Positions 48,439 to 57,944 of a stretch of DNA of 64,000 nt are shown here, in pieces (within the stretch, counting starts at the first letter, position 1; each line of letters starts with the position of its first letter). The notes under the pieces were generated by a model. That model saw only the letters and a list, made by a program, of their open reading frames with translations, ran no database searches and had not been told where the DNA came from. Origin of the DNA: an uncultured Gammaproteobacteria bacterium. GTDB taxonomy: Bacteria; Patescibacteriota; Patescibacteriia; Magasanikbacterales; UBA922. A program made the translations under genes and the position numbers. Location of the stretch: contig CAZQXB010000001.1 in assembly GCA_964597575.1 (NCBI GenBank), forward strand, positions 206,792 through 270,791, given 5' to 3'.

Positions 48439-50166
48439 ATGAATCCCATTGAACAATATCTCAAAGAGGTCTTTAAAAGCGCTGGTATTTCTGAGCCAAT
48501 TGAATTTTCACGCCCACCAAAACCAGACATGGGTGATTTTGCTTTTCCTTGTTTTGCTCTTGCAAAAGCGTCGCAAAAAAATCCGGCTCTTGTGGCAAAA
48601 GAAGTTGCGTTACTGCTTTCAACAGGAGAATACGAGGGTATTGTTTCGGCCACACCTTTTGGTCCGTATGTGAACGTGACAATCGAAGCCGCGGTGATTG
48701 CAAGGCTCGTCCTTGAAAAGGCGACAACGAATACTTTTGGTATTCACGAAACAGGAAAGGGAAAATATATTTTTGTGGAATATGGCTGTTTGAACGTTTT
48801 GAAAGCCATGCATCTTGGTCACTTAAAAAATTTGATAACCGGAGAAGCGGTTGCGCGTTTACTCGAAAACAGTGGTTACCAAGTAAAACGTATTACCTAC
48901 CAAGGAGATGTGGGGATGCATATCGGCAAGGCACTTTGGGGGATTTTTGATTGGAAAGAAAAATTCGATGCGGTCGGTAATGGCTCAGTAGATGCGCGTG
49001 TCGAATTTTTAGGCAAAGCCTATGCCCATGGCGCACAACATTTTGAAAAAGGGGAGAAAGAAAAAGAAGAGGTTGTTCAATATAATGATGCAGTATACGA
49101 AGGCAAAAATAAGGAAATTATGGGGGTATACCTTCAGGCCCGAAGTTGGAGTTTAGAGTATTTTGAAGAAATGTATAAGAAACTCGGGACCAAATATGAC
49201 GCGTATTATTTTGAGTCTGAAATGTATAAGCGCGGCATAGAAATCGTTGATGAGTTTCTTCTCAAAGGAGTCTTTGAAAAAAGTGAAGGCGCTGTTATTT
49301 TTCCCGGAAGCCGTTTTGGTTTGCACGACCGTGTGTTTGTAAACAGTAAAGGACACCCAACGTACGAAGCGAAGGATTTGGCTCGATCTGAAGTGTACTT
49401 CAAAGAAAAGCCAACACCAGATGAGGTGATTCATGTCGTTGGTAAAGAACAGTCGGAATACTTCAAAGTTGTTTTTGCAGCCATGGAAAAAATGGGAGTA
49501 GCCGGGGCGGGGAAGGAAAAACATCTTATTGGAGGTTTTCTGCAGTTGAAGGGGGATCAAAAAATGAGTTCTCGAACGGGGCACATTATTACCGGGGATC
49601 AGCTTATTACTGAGGTGCAAGAAGAATTACGAGATAAAGTGTACCAAGTAACACTAGATGAAAAAATAAAAAGCTCTCCATTAGTACATGATGTGTTACC
49701 AAAAGTAGCCATGGCCGCGCTCAAATACGGCATGCTTCGTGCCAATGTATCTCAAGATGTGGCATTTGATATGGAAGAATCAGTCAGTGTGTCGGGGGAT
49801 AGTGGCCCGTATCTTCTGTATATTGTGGCTCGTATCAAAAGTATTCAGAAAAAGGCGGGTGTTAAGAATGCCGAAATTGTAACCGTTCCTCAAAAACCCA
49901 TGGTACCAACAGAGAAACAGCTTCTCCTTCTGCTTGCAAAATACCAAACGGTGACAGCGCAGGCACTGGAAGACCTCGACCCTTCGCATATCGCAAAATA
50001 CCTCTTTACCTTAGCGCAGGCCTTTAATTCGTTCTACCATGAGGCACAGGTGATCGATGAAAATGGCGAGGCTGACTCGTTTCGTTTGTCGATTATTCGA
50101 GCGGTTGAGACGGTCATGACGAGTGGACTTGGAATTTTAGGAATCGATACCGTTGATGCCATGTAG
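48439..50166 (+). CDS. argS: Arginyl-tRNA synthetase.
   Basis: N-terminal Arg_tRNA_synt_N-like region, an HLGH (HIGH) motif and the C-terminal DALK anticodon-binding domain. Full length. Confidence 0.9.
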   Translation: MNPIEQYLKEVFKSAGISEPIEFSRPPKPDMGDFAFPCFALAKASQKNPALVAKEVALLLSTGEYEGIVSATPFGPYVNVTIEAAVIARLVLEKATTNTFGIHETGKGKYIFVEYGCLNVLKAMHLGHLKNLITGEAVARLLENSGYQVKRITYQGDVGMHIGKALWGIFDWKEKFDAVGNGSVDARVEFLGKAYAHGAQHFEKGEKEKEEVVQYNDAVYEGKNKEIMGVYLQARSWSLEYFEEMYKKLGTKYDAYYFESEMYKRGIEIVDEFLLKGVFEKSEGAVIFPGSRFGLHDRVFVNSKGHPTYEAKDLARSEVYFKEKPTPDEVIHVVGKEQSEYFKVVFAAMEKMGVAGAGKEKHLIGGFLQLKGDQKMSSRTGHIITGDQLITEVQEELRDKVYQVTLDEKIKSSPLVHDVLPKVAMAALKYGMLRANVSQDVAFDMEESVSVSGDSGPYLLYIVARIKSIQKKAGVKNAEIVTVPQKPMVPTEKQLLLLLAKYQTVTAQALEDLDPSHIAKYLFTLAQAFNSFYHEAQVIDENGEADSFRLSIIRAVETVMTSGLGILGIDTVDAM

Positions 50167-50234
50167 GTTCCGTTATCCCCATAGTCCTTTACGAGACACC
50201 TAAAAAGGTGTATAGTGTACCCAATTGAAATTCT

Positions 50235-50432
50235 ATGCCACGAGCTAAAAAAGAGCCCGTTGAACGGGTCACAATTAAGCTTCCGAAGAGTGTTGCTGCG
50301 TATTTTCGCAAAGCATTTCCCCATGGTCGGCGAAGTGATTTTGTGCAGGATTGCATTTTGCAGTACCGGCATAACCAGGAAGTTACAGAAATGGAAGAAG
50401 CCCTTCGGACGGTTACTAAAAAAAGACAATAA
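50235..50432 (+). CDS. Small ribbon-helix-helix (CopG/ParD-like) DNA-binding protein, possibly an antitoxin or regulator.
   Basis: ERVTIKLPKSVAAYFRK has a beta-strand-then-helix pattern typical of RHH proteins. It is the first gene of a compact 3-gene AT-rich cassette after argS. Confidence 0.45.
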   Translation: MPRAKKEPVERVTIKLPKSVAAYFRKAFPHGRRSDFVQDCILQYRHNQEVTEMEEALRTVTKKRQ

Positions 50433-50445
50433 ATTTTAAAGGGGT

Positions 50446-50685
50446 ATGCAAGAAACTCTACCCAAGGAGGTGGAGGAACGGATTCGCGAAGCGTGTAAAG
50501 AAACAGATGAAAATACAAAAAAACTGTACGATTTTCTGGTGGGTCGGCTAGGGAAAGAAGCGGTGAGCGAAATCCCCCTTCTTTCAAAAGAAGATCAAAT
50601 CCAGGCGTGCCTTGATCATATCATTATTGGTTTCGAGGTAGGGGATATCGTAAAAGAAGATATTGAGCACATTATTAGTACATGA
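50446..50685 (+). CDS. Hypothetical acidic 79-aa protein immediately upstream of the MazF-like toxin, a candidate unconventional antitoxin.
   Basis: Its position and spacing are the only evidence (13 nt after the RHH gene, 12 nt before the toxin gene). No AbrB/MazE-like motif recognised. Confidence 0.35.
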   Translation: MQETLPKEVEERIREACKETDENTKKLYDFLVGRLGKEAVSEIPLLSKEDQIQACLDHIIIGFEVGDIVKEDIEHIIST

Positions 50686-50697
50686 CCTTAAGGAGGT

Positions 50698-51078
50698 ATG
50701 AACCCAATGATAGTAGATTGCGATAACATGTATTGCGGAATCATTCGGCGAGGGGATGTTTTTATGTATGAAAAACACGCGGATGAATTCCTGCCTGTTG
50801 TGGTACTCCAAGATAGTATCCTGAATGAAGGGTTGCCAACCGTAGTTTGTGCCTTGATTGATCTTGGTAAAAAAACGAACGATGGGTTGGTAAATGAAGT
50901 ATTTTTACAAAAAAAAGAAACTGGCTTGCCTAAAGATGGCGTGTGCATGCTTCATAAAATTGAAACGGTTGATCGACGACGCATGGTTGCAAAAAAAGGG
51001 GAGCTGCCACGAGAGCAATTAAAAAACTTATATAAAGCGCTCGATATTACGTTCGGGCGTTTTCGGGATATTGAATAA
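50698..51078 (+). CDS. PemK/MazF-family endoribonuclease toxin.
   Basis: N-terminal RRGDVFMY (RGDI/V motif), LPVVVLQDSILN (the hhVLS block) and PTVVCALID (the vvvPiTs block) are in MazF/PemK order and spacing. The protein is 126 aa. Confidence 0.6.
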   Translation: MNPMIVDCDNMYCGIIRRGDVFMYEKHADEFLPVVVLQDSILNEGLPTVVCALIDLGKKTNDGLVNEVFLQKKETGLPKDGVCMLHKIETVDRRRMVAKKGELPREQLKNLYKALDITFGRFRDIE

Positions 51079-51174
51079 ACAGTTGCGTTTCTCACAAAGT
51101 GAGGATGAGAAACGCAAAGACATGAGGATGGTCTTCGTGTCTTTATTCAACCTTGAGAACAGAGGAGGCGAACA

Positions 51175-52299
51175 ATGGCTTCGAAGAGCGTGGAGCTTGC
51201 GAGGCCGGAAGCCTCTCGAGCGCTTGTGCATAAGGGCCAGGGACGGAGTTTCTTTGGTCGTCACGCGCGTATTCTGTTTATCATCCTGAAATGGTGGTTA
51301 CTCAGGCGACCTGTCGATTTTCTCTTTCTGGTGTACGGAACAGAGAGTGATCGTAGGAAGATGCTCCCAGGCTTCCTCGGTCCACGCGTCGGGGACAGGG
51401 TGTTCCCTGGTGGCGTTATTTCGATGGGAACCCATCGCGGTTATATCGCGGTAACGTTCAAGGACCATAACCTGATTCGGGATGATCCGAAAATTGCCTT
51501 GGATATTTTGGAGCGGACCAAGCGTGTGTTCCGCCTTTCGCCCAAAGGAACCGTGGCATTGGCGGGTCAGCTACCTGGGTTTGTTTTGCGCCAAAGCAAG
51601 ATCGAGGCTCCGTTTGTCGTGGGAAACAGGGGAACGCGCTACGCCATGGTGCGATCAACTGAACTTCTTGCGAATACGGAATTTCGTGGCATTGCGCGCG
51701 AGGAACTTACCGTGGCCGTTCTCGGTGGCGCTGGGTTCACGGGCGGAAGTGTTGTTCGGGACCTTGCCCAGGTGTTCGGCGCCGTGATTGCGTTTGATAC
51801 GCGACATGGCGAAGGGGTACCTCCTTCAAGAAGTACTGGAGATATGCCTCGGAATGTGGAGTGTCGGAGTAACCCCGAAGCTTTGCGGAAGGCGGATATC
51901 GTACTGAACTTCCTCCCCAAAGGAGACGATGTTCAATCCCTTGTTCCGTACTTCCGAAATGGCGCCGTGTTCGGTGATGACACTCATCCGATGATGTCGA
52001 GAAAGGTACGGGCCGAACTTCGAAGCAAGGGAATCTATTTCTGGAAGCTCGTCATGGAGCGCCCGGAGACCCCGCTAGAGTACGACCCTCTCCTGCCTGG
52101 TTTTTCAAGAGGGAACATTCCTGGGTGCCTCGTTGAGGCGATTGTCACCTTGGAAACTGGTCGTCGGTTCGATGTTGACTCGCATGCGACTTCATACAGC
52201 CTCAAAGAGTTTGAGGCGCAAGCGGTGTTCTCAGACATTGCTGACCAGCTTGGTTTCCGCGCTCGCTTGGTTGACCCAGACCAAGAAATGATCGGTTGA
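51175..52299 (+). CDS. GC-rich, probably horizontally acquired gene encoding an NAD(P)-binding Rossmann-fold protein of unknown specificity.
   Basis: GxGxxG (VAVLGGAGFTGGSV). Strong SD AGGAGG 6 nt before the ATG. The local GC is markedly higher than the flanks. Confidence 0.45.
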   Translation: MASKSVELARPEASRALVHKGQGRSFFGRHARILFIILKWWLLRRPVDFLFLVYGTESDRRKMLPGFLGPRVGDRVFPGGVISMGTHRGYIAVTFKDHNLIRDDPKIALDILERTKRVFRLSPKGTVALAGQLPGFVLRQSKIEAPFVVGNRGTRYAMVRSTELLANTEFRGIAREELTVAVLGGAGFTGGSVVRDLAQVFGAVIAFDTRHGEGVPPSRSTGDMPRNVECRSNPEALRKADIVLNFLPKGDDVQSLVPYFRNGAVFGDDTHPMMSRKVRAELRSKGIYFWKLVMERPETPLEYDPLLPGFSRGNIPGCLVEAIVTLETGRRFDVDSHATSYSLKEFEAQAVFSDIADQLGFRARLVDPDQEMIG

Positions 52300-52395
52300 T
52301 CCCACCTCTGAACCTTTTTTCTCTCAGCGCGAGAAGGAGGGTTCGTTTTTTTTCTTCGGAAAATAAGGTATACTACAGGGCATCTGGTACACTCT

Positions 52396-54063
52396 ATGTT
52401 TGAGTTAGATTTTCGCAATTTTATCGTGGTCATTTCTCTCATTATTCACGCATCATTGCTGTGGATATTGTATCGGTATGGCCGGAGCACTCCGGGAGGA
52501 AAAGCATACTCAGTGGCAATTTTAGCTATTGCGGGATGGGTATTCCCCATGATTCTTTATCGGAGTCATGTATTTGATGCCACGATTGTTTGGGCACAGC
52601 TTCTCTATATCATGGCTTCCTTTACGTCGACGAGCTTTTTTTATTTTACGCTTACATTTACCCAAGCAAAGCGAGTGAAATGGTGGGGAGAGGTTCTTCT
52701 TTTTTTGGAAAATTTGGCCATTGTTTTTTTGTGTATCCACCCAACCGCCATGATTCAAGGAATCATGTTTTTAGAAGGACGGGAAACAGTTATTATTTGG
52801 GGTCCCTGGTATTGGGTGTATGTGCTCCATATTTCTGCTTTTTTTCTTGCGGGTTTTGTGGTGTTGCGTCGTTACATGCGACACGCAACGGGGTTGGCGT
52901 ATAATCAAGCCAGAAGTGTTTTTGTCGGGTATTTTTGGGCTTCGAACTTGGCCATGGCAACCAACCTTCTTTTGCCCTGGGCTGGTTATTTTGAACTGAA
53001 TTGGCTCGGGCAGTTTTTTTCTACCCTTGTCGCGGTGTCTACCACTTATGCTATTTTGCGCCATCAACTGCTCAACATAAAGGTGATTACCACCGAGTTC
53101 TTTCTTCTTCTCATTAACTCCATCCTCATTATTCAGTTTGCTGCCTCCAGTTCTTTTGCCCGCTTCGTGGTGAATGGGACCATTTTAGGTATGGTCATGT
53201 TTGTATCATATTTGCTTATTCAGAGTGTAAAAAAGGAGGTCGAGCAGAAGGAACAGATGGCATCATTGGCTGATTCATTGCAAAAAGCCAATGTTCGTCT
53301 GCAGGAACTCGATCGACAAAAGACCGAATTTTTATCAATTGCTTCGCATCAATTGCGTACTCCACTTTCGATTATTAAAGGGTATATCGAGCTTATTCAA
53401 GATGGGGCATATGGAAAAATCACCAAGAAAACCAATGAAATTTTGGTTAATATGGATGAGAGTAATGAACGACTCGTAAAGTTGGTCGATGACTTTTTGG
53501 ATGTTTCCCGTATTGAGCAAGGTCGGACAAAATTTGTGTTCATACAAGAAGATTTAAATGCAGTTATTACACCTATTGTGGCTGAACTTCGACAGCGGGC
53601 TGAATCACGGGGACTGAGCTTAGAGTGGAGTCCCTTACAAAAACCCGTTCTTGCAATTATCGATAAAGAAAAGATTTACCATGTGGTCTTCAATTATATC
53701 GATAATGCTATTAAATATACCGAAAAAGGGACTATTACCGTTTCTTTAAGTGAAGAAAAAGAGGGGGTAACTGTTCAGGTTATTGATACGGGTCTTGGTT
53801 TTGATCAAGAAGATTTACCAAACTTTTTTAACAAGTTTTACCGTGGAAATAATGTACGAGGCACCAATGTGAATGGTACGGGTTTAGGGATTTATGTATG
53901 TCGCCAATTTATTGAAGGGCACCAAGGCAAGGTGTGGGCAAAAAGTGATGGGTTAGGGAAGGGGAGCGAATTTGGCTTCTGGATTCCTTTTGACGCAAAG
54001 GGTCGGGAGAACATTCAACCTGCTCCTGAAGATGCACGTTTTATCGTGAATCAATACGGCTAG
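52396..54063 (+). CDS. Sensor histidine kinase (multi-TM N-terminal sensor, HisKA and HATPase_c). No response regulator is adjacent.
   Basis: About 7 TM helices. H-box FLSIASHQLRTPL. N/G boxes (VFNYIDNAIKYT ... DTGLGF ... GTGLGIY). Confidence 0.85.
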   Translation: MFELDFRNFIVVISLIIHASLLWILYRYGRSTPGGKAYSVAILAIAGWVFPMILYRSHVFDATIVWAQLLYIMASFTSTSFFYFTLTFTQAKRVKWWGEVLLFLENLAIVFLCIHPTAMIQGIMFLEGRETVIIWGPWYWVYVLHISAFFLAGFVVLRRYMRHATGLAYNQARSVFVGYFWASNLAMATNLLLPWAGYFELNWLGQFFSTLVAVSTTYAILRHQLLNIKVITTEFFLLLINSILIIQFAASSSFARFVVNGTILGMVMFVSYLLIQSVKKEVEQKEQMASLADSLQKANVRLQELDRQKTEFLSIASHQLRTPLSIIKGYIELIQDGAYGKITKKTNEILVNMDESNERLVKLVDDFLDVSRIEQGRTKFVFIQEDLNAVITPIVAELRQRAESRGLSLEWSPLQKPVLAIIDKEKIYHVVFNYIDNAIKYTEKGTITVSLSEEKEGVTVQVIDTGLGFDQEDLPNFFNKFYRGNNVRGTNVNGTGLGIYVCRQFIEGHQGKVWAKSDGLGKGSEFGFWIPFDAKGRENIQPAPEDARFIVNQYG

Positions 54064-54131
54064 TTTTGGTTGGTTATCCCCACATTTTCATTTTCGACTG
54101 CGTGTGATATGATAAGATCATACTCTGATGT

Positions 54132-54644
54132 TTGATTATGTTTCAAAAATCTTCAAGCAATTTCTCTCTTTCGTCCGAAGTCGATAGCCGTTCTCAAGCG
54201 CTCGGTAATCATAGTCATGATGAGGTTGAAACCGTTGTCGGCCCATCAGTTCATGTTGAGGGTGATTTTGTGTCTGAGGGGCATATCGTGGTTAAAGGAA
54301 TTGTGTCTGGGAGCGTGCTTACAAGTAAGCATCTTCAGGTCGAACAAGGTGCTAAAATTTTTGCGAATGTGAAGGCAGGAAGCGCGACGATTTCTGGAGA
54401 AGTAAAGGGAAATATTAAAGTACAAGATAAACTTGAATTAACCTCAACTGCGCAAGTGGCAGGAGATATTGACTGTCAGGTGCTTGTGGTTGAAGCCGGA
54501 GCCCTCCTTCTTGGAAAAGTGAGTATGAAAGGGGTTGAGATTCAGGGGGTAAAAAATTCACGCAAATTAGGTTTACGAAAAAGCCGAAGTGAAGAAGAAG
54601 GTGAAGATTCGGCCATGATCATGGAGCCAGCTCACGCTCTCTAA
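54132..54644 (+). CDS. Bactofilin-family cytoskeletal protein.
   Basis: Repeating beta-helical windings (VEGDFVSEGHIVVKGIVSGSV ... KIFANVKAGSATISGEVKGNIKV ... AQVAGDIDCQVLVVEAGALLLGKVSM) and a charged C-tail. Confidence 0.7.
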   Translation: MIMFQKSSSNFSLSSEVDSRSQALGNHSHDEVETVVGPSVHVEGDFVSEGHIVVKGIVSGSVLTSKHLQVEQGAKIFANVKAGSATISGEVKGNIKVQDKLELTSTAQVAGDIDCQVLVVEAGALLLGKVSMKGVEIQGVKNSRKLGLRKSRSEEEGEDSAMIMEPAHAL

Positions 54645-54676
54645 TGTGAGTCTCTTTTTTTGGGAGGAACACGACT

Positions 54677-55438
54677 ATGTACGTGTATCTTTACGATAAT
54701 ATACTCAAATCCCGACGGTTTGATAGTCAGGTGAAAGCCATGGAGGCTCGTCTCACTGATTTTGGTATTGCGGGAAAAATTATTCGCCTCCAACACTTTA
54801 CAAGTGCTCAGGCGGTGATAGAAGAAGAGGTGAAGCGGGGAGCAAGTACGATCGTTATTGTGGGCAATGACACCACCTTTGGAAATGTTTTATCGCGCGC
54901 TGCAGCTATTCCGACCGTGTTCGGTTTTCTTCCTCTTGGAACTGATAATGCCATTGCTGAAGTTCTTGGGATCCCTCTTGGGGTTGAGGCGTGCGATGTC
55001 TTATCGCGCCGGCGAAAAATTAATTTGGATGTGGGTTGGTTTAACAACCGATACTTCATTTCTGAATTGCATATTCCACCGAGCGATATCACCATTCGCT
55101 ACGATGATACTTTTCAGGTTTCTTCAAATAAAGGAAAGATGGAGCTCGTGGTGTGCAACCTAAAGCCATTTATTTGGCGCGAGCGTGGTTCGAAAGAATA
55201 TGTAGTTCACCCTCAGGATGGAAAGCTCGAGGCGTTTGTTCGCCCTATGGTTGGGCGTACCATGTTTAAAGAAATCTATGAAGAACCGAGCATTTTCCCA
55301 TTTGAAGAGATGGTCGTTACCGGACGGAAACCATTTGAAGTGGTGGCTGATGAAAAACACTCAAAAGAAACCGAAATTACTATTCGTTTAGCAAAAAAAA
55401 GAATAGAGATGATTGTTGGAAAAGGGCGAAAGTTTTAG
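54677..55438 (+). CDS. Diacylglycerol/lipid kinase catalytic-domain protein (DAGK_cat, YegS-like).
   Basis: IVIVGNDTTFGNV (GGDG-type) and LPLGTDNAIA (GTGN-type) motifs. Confidence 0.65.
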   Translation: MYVYLYDNILKSRRFDSQVKAMEARLTDFGIAGKIIRLQHFTSAQAVIEEEVKRGASTIVIVGNDTTFGNVLSRAAAIPTVFGFLPLGTDNAIAEVLGIPLGVEACDVLSRRRKINLDVGWFNNRYFISELHIPPSDITIRYDDTFQVSSNKGKMELVVCNLKPFIWRERGSKEYVVHPQDGKLEAFVRPMVGRTMFKEIYEEPSIFPFEEMVVTGRKPFEVVADEKHSKETEITIRLAKKRIEMIVGKGRKF

Positions 55439-55485
55439 GGTTGACACCTCAAGAAAATTAAGATATAATGGCGACACAAAAATAG

Positions 55486-55569
55486 GCTCAGGTGGCGTAA
55501 TTGGTAGCCGCACTACCTTGAGGTGGTAGCGCTCGCAAGGGCATGGAGGTTCGAGTCCTCTCCTGAGCA
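55486..55569 (+). tRNA. tRNA-Leu (anticodon GAG) with a long variable arm.
   Basis: Acceptor GCTCAGG/CCTGAGC. Anticodon stem CTACC/GGTAG with loop TTGAGGT. T-loop GTTCGAGTC. Discriminator A. Confidence 0.8.
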
Positions 55570-55644
55570 CATACTATAAAAACCCCATTTACTGGGGTTT
55601 TTATAAAACGTTTTTTGGTAAAAACAGGGAGTGAGTAGGAATCG

Positions 55645-55893
55645 TTATTTTCTAATTGCTTTTACAATCGCAATGAGAATCACGGCTCCAAGAAGTGCGA
55701 CGAGGAAGCTGTACAAATTAAATCCGTTTATATCACTTCCGCCAAGTATCGTCATGATCCATCCCCCAAGGAGAGCTCCGACGATCCCGACAATAATATT
55801 CATGACTCCACCTTGAGCTGCGTCAGTGTGCATGATTTTTGATGCGACCCAGCCTACGAGTGCCCCGAAAATGATCCAGAGAATAATTCCCAT
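55645..55893 (-). CDS. GlsB/YeaQ/YmgE-family (transglycosylase-associated) small membrane protein.
   Basis: GIILWIIFGALVGWVASKIM...GG...NIIVGIVGALLGGWI is a classic Transgly_assoc sequence. Confidence 0.7.
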   Translation of the reverse strand: MGIILWIIFGALVGWVASKIMHTDAAQGGVMNIIVGIVGALLGGWIMTILGGSDINGFNLYSFLVALLGAVILIAIVKAIRK

Positions 55894-55997
55894 AGCTTAT
55901 TCGGTTAGATGAATACTTTTTTAGTATACTCCTTTGTAAAAAGAAAAAGTAGAGAAGGTTTTTCAACAACAAACATCTCCTTTAGGGAGATGTTTGT

Positions 55998-56431
55998 GGT
56001 TTTTCTTCGATAAGCCGAATTCTGTTTTTGCTCTTACGAGCAAATGACGATCATTTCTCTGAGTTTCGATGTTACCATCGAAATCAAACGAGCGAACTTT
56101 TCCAAGCCTTCGCGACGGGCCTGCACCACCATTGTGTTGCGGGTTCGTCGCGAAGACAAGGCTGCTCTTTCTCCAGGTAGGGTTTACCACTCCGATACCT
56201 TGCGGGTCGGAGAGTCTGGTGGCCGTAAAGCCCCAGACACTTTTCACCTTTCTCTCCTCATATAAATATGAGGGGGTAGTATTGTCTCTGTGGCACTTTC
56301 CCGCTTCTCTCTTTTGCAAGAGAGAAGGGTGGGTGTTACCCACTGCCTTTGTCGGTAACCCTTGCGGGCTAACGGGAGTTCGGACTTTCCTCTCTAGCGT
56401 GACTGATAGAGCGATCATCTGAAGATAAAAC
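55998..56431 (-). ncRNA. rnpB: RNase P RNA (bacterial type A-like).
   Basis: The minus strand contains GAGGAAAGTCCGAACTCC (P4 5' strand, consensus GGAAAGUCCGGGCUCC) and AACAGAATTCGGCTTATCG (P4 3' strand, consensus ACAGAAcCCGGCUUA). A terminator hairpin (CAAACATCTCC-ctaa-GGAGATGTTTG) lies at the 3' end and a perfect TTGACA-17-TATAAT promoter at the 5' end. The overlapping ORFs are spurious. Confidence 0.75.
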
Positions 56432-56437
56432 AGGCTT

Positions 56438-56466
56438 ATTATAGCATATTTTTGCCATTTTGTCAA
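56438..56466 (-). promoter_or_regulatory. Sigma70 consensus promoter for rnpB (minus strand: TTGACA - 17 nt - TATAAT).
   Basis: Reverse complement reads ctcTTGACAaaatggcaaaaatatgcTATAATaagcc, a near-copy of the PBP promoter cassette. Confidence 0.55.
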
Positions 56467-56527
56467 GAGTACAGAAGCATACTTTCCGGTTGTCAATTCA
56501 GCCTTCTTGGGTTATGATACGGGGCAT

Positions 56528-57937
56528 ATGAAACGACTTGAACTTCTTCTTCTTATCATTCGTATTCCACTTGATATCCTCATGCTCCTTATGGCAGGAG
56601 TAGCAGCATATCTTGCTCGACATAGTGAGGCGATTACAGTGCTTCGTCCCGTCGTGTTTAGTCTGAGTAAAGAGGAATATCTCACCCGTCTTTTTCCTGT
56701 TATTCTTGTGACGGTTTTGCTTTTTGCGACACTCGGGTTGTATCGACCACGTCCAAGCAGGCTCATGGCCGATATCGGCCATATCGTTGCTGGACTTTCC
56801 ATGAGTTTAAGCGGAGTGGCGCTCGTACTTCTTTTTACGCAGAGTGTTTTTGATTCTCGGTTTTTGGTTGCGGCCACCTTCGGATTCGCCCTTATCACAG
56901 TAAGTTTTGGACGTTTGGTTTTGCATATCGTTCGGCTTTTTTTGTATCGGAATGGGTACGGAGTACGGCGGGTCATTCTTGTTGGGGAGGGTACCAGGGC
57001 CGATGCTCTTTCGAAACTCTTAACAGAGCGCTCTAGCTTGGGGTATCGCATTGTCGCCCACATCCCATTTTGGGTGCAACAGGAATTTTCTCACCCCTCA
57101 CCATTTGATCAGATCCTTTTTGTGGAGGGAACGGTCGCACGCGAAGGCGCACTTCAGGCAATGGAGTATGCGGCGAAGCACCACGTTATTTTTTCCTATG
57201 TCGCTGATATCTTCGATACCTTCAATTTAAACATGAGTATCCACCCGATTGGTGGTTTGCCTGTGGTTGAGCTTCGTTCCACGCCTCTTGAGGGTTGGGG
57301 AAGAGTAGTGAAACGGATTATTGATATAGCGGTGAGCGTGTTTTTCTTGATTATCTTTTCACCATTTTTTCTTCTTTTTTCTGCTTTGGTTTTTTTTGAA
57401 ACTGGTCGTCCGGTTATTTATAAGAACGAACGCATCGGGCTTCGGGCAAAGCACTTTTTCATTCTGAAGTTTCGTTCCATGTACCAGAAAGATTCGACTG
57501 GTCCGCAGTTTGGCGCAGCAGGGGAAGCAGCCCTTCTTCGTGAGGCCGACCTTATTCAGAAGAAAAATACTAAGACTGGGCCTATTTATAAAATAGGAGA
57601 TGATCCACGTGTAACCCCCATAGGTCGATTTCTTCGACGGTTTAGCTTCGATGAGCTCCCACAATTTTTCAATGTTCTCAAAGGGGAGATGAGTTTGGTT
57701 GGTCCTCGACCTCACCAACCTCGAGAAGTGGCGCAGTACGGCGATTCGTATCCTCATATTTTTGCCATTAAGCCCGGTATTACAGGTCTCGCTCAAATTT
57801 CAGGTCGAAGTGATTTGTCGTTTGAAGAAGAGATGCGGCTTGATACATATTATGTCGAGCGGTGGAGTATTTGGCTCGATTTTTTGGTCATGCTTAAAAC
57901 CCCCTTTGTCATTCTCCGTCGTCGTCGCGCTCTGTAA
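56528..57937 (+). CDS. Polyprenyl-phosphate sugar phosphotransferase (WbaP/bacterial sugar transferase family).
   Basis: N-terminal multi-TM domain. The C-terminal Bac_transf domain has KRIIDIAVS...[20 protein letters not shown] and SLVGPRPH motifs. The start was set at MKRLELL. Confidence 0.85.
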   Translation: MKRLELLLLIIRIPLDILMLLMAGVAAYLARHSEAITVLRPVVFSLSKEEYLTRLFPVILVTVLLFATLGLYRPRPSRLMADIGHIVAGLSMSLSGVALVLLFTQSVFDSRFLVAATFGFALITVSFGRLVLHIVRLFLYRNGYGVRRVILVGEGTRADALSKLLTERSSLGYRIVAHIPFWVQQEFSHPSPFDQILFVEGTVAREGALQAMEYAAKHHVIFSYVADIFDTFNLNMSIHPIGGLPVVELRSTPLEGWGRVVKRIIDIAVSVFFLIIFSPFFLLFSALVFFETGRPVIYKNERIGLRAKHFFILKFRSMYQKDSTGPQFGAAGEAALLREADLIQKKNTKTGPIYKIGDDPRVTPIGRFLRRFSFDELPQFFNVLKGEMSLVGPRPHQPREVAQYGDSYPHIFAIKPGITGLAQISGRSDLSFEEEMRLDTYYVERWSIWLDFLVMLKTPFVILRRRRAL

Positions 57938-57944
57938 GTTTCTT

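Noticed and set aside
55963-56496. 177-aa ORF on the minus strand, plus ORFs at 56044..56265 and 56069..56422 on the plus strand
   Set aside because: They overlap the RNase P RNA gene, whose conserved P4 strands, promoter and terminator explain the region. The ORFs have no RBS or motifs.
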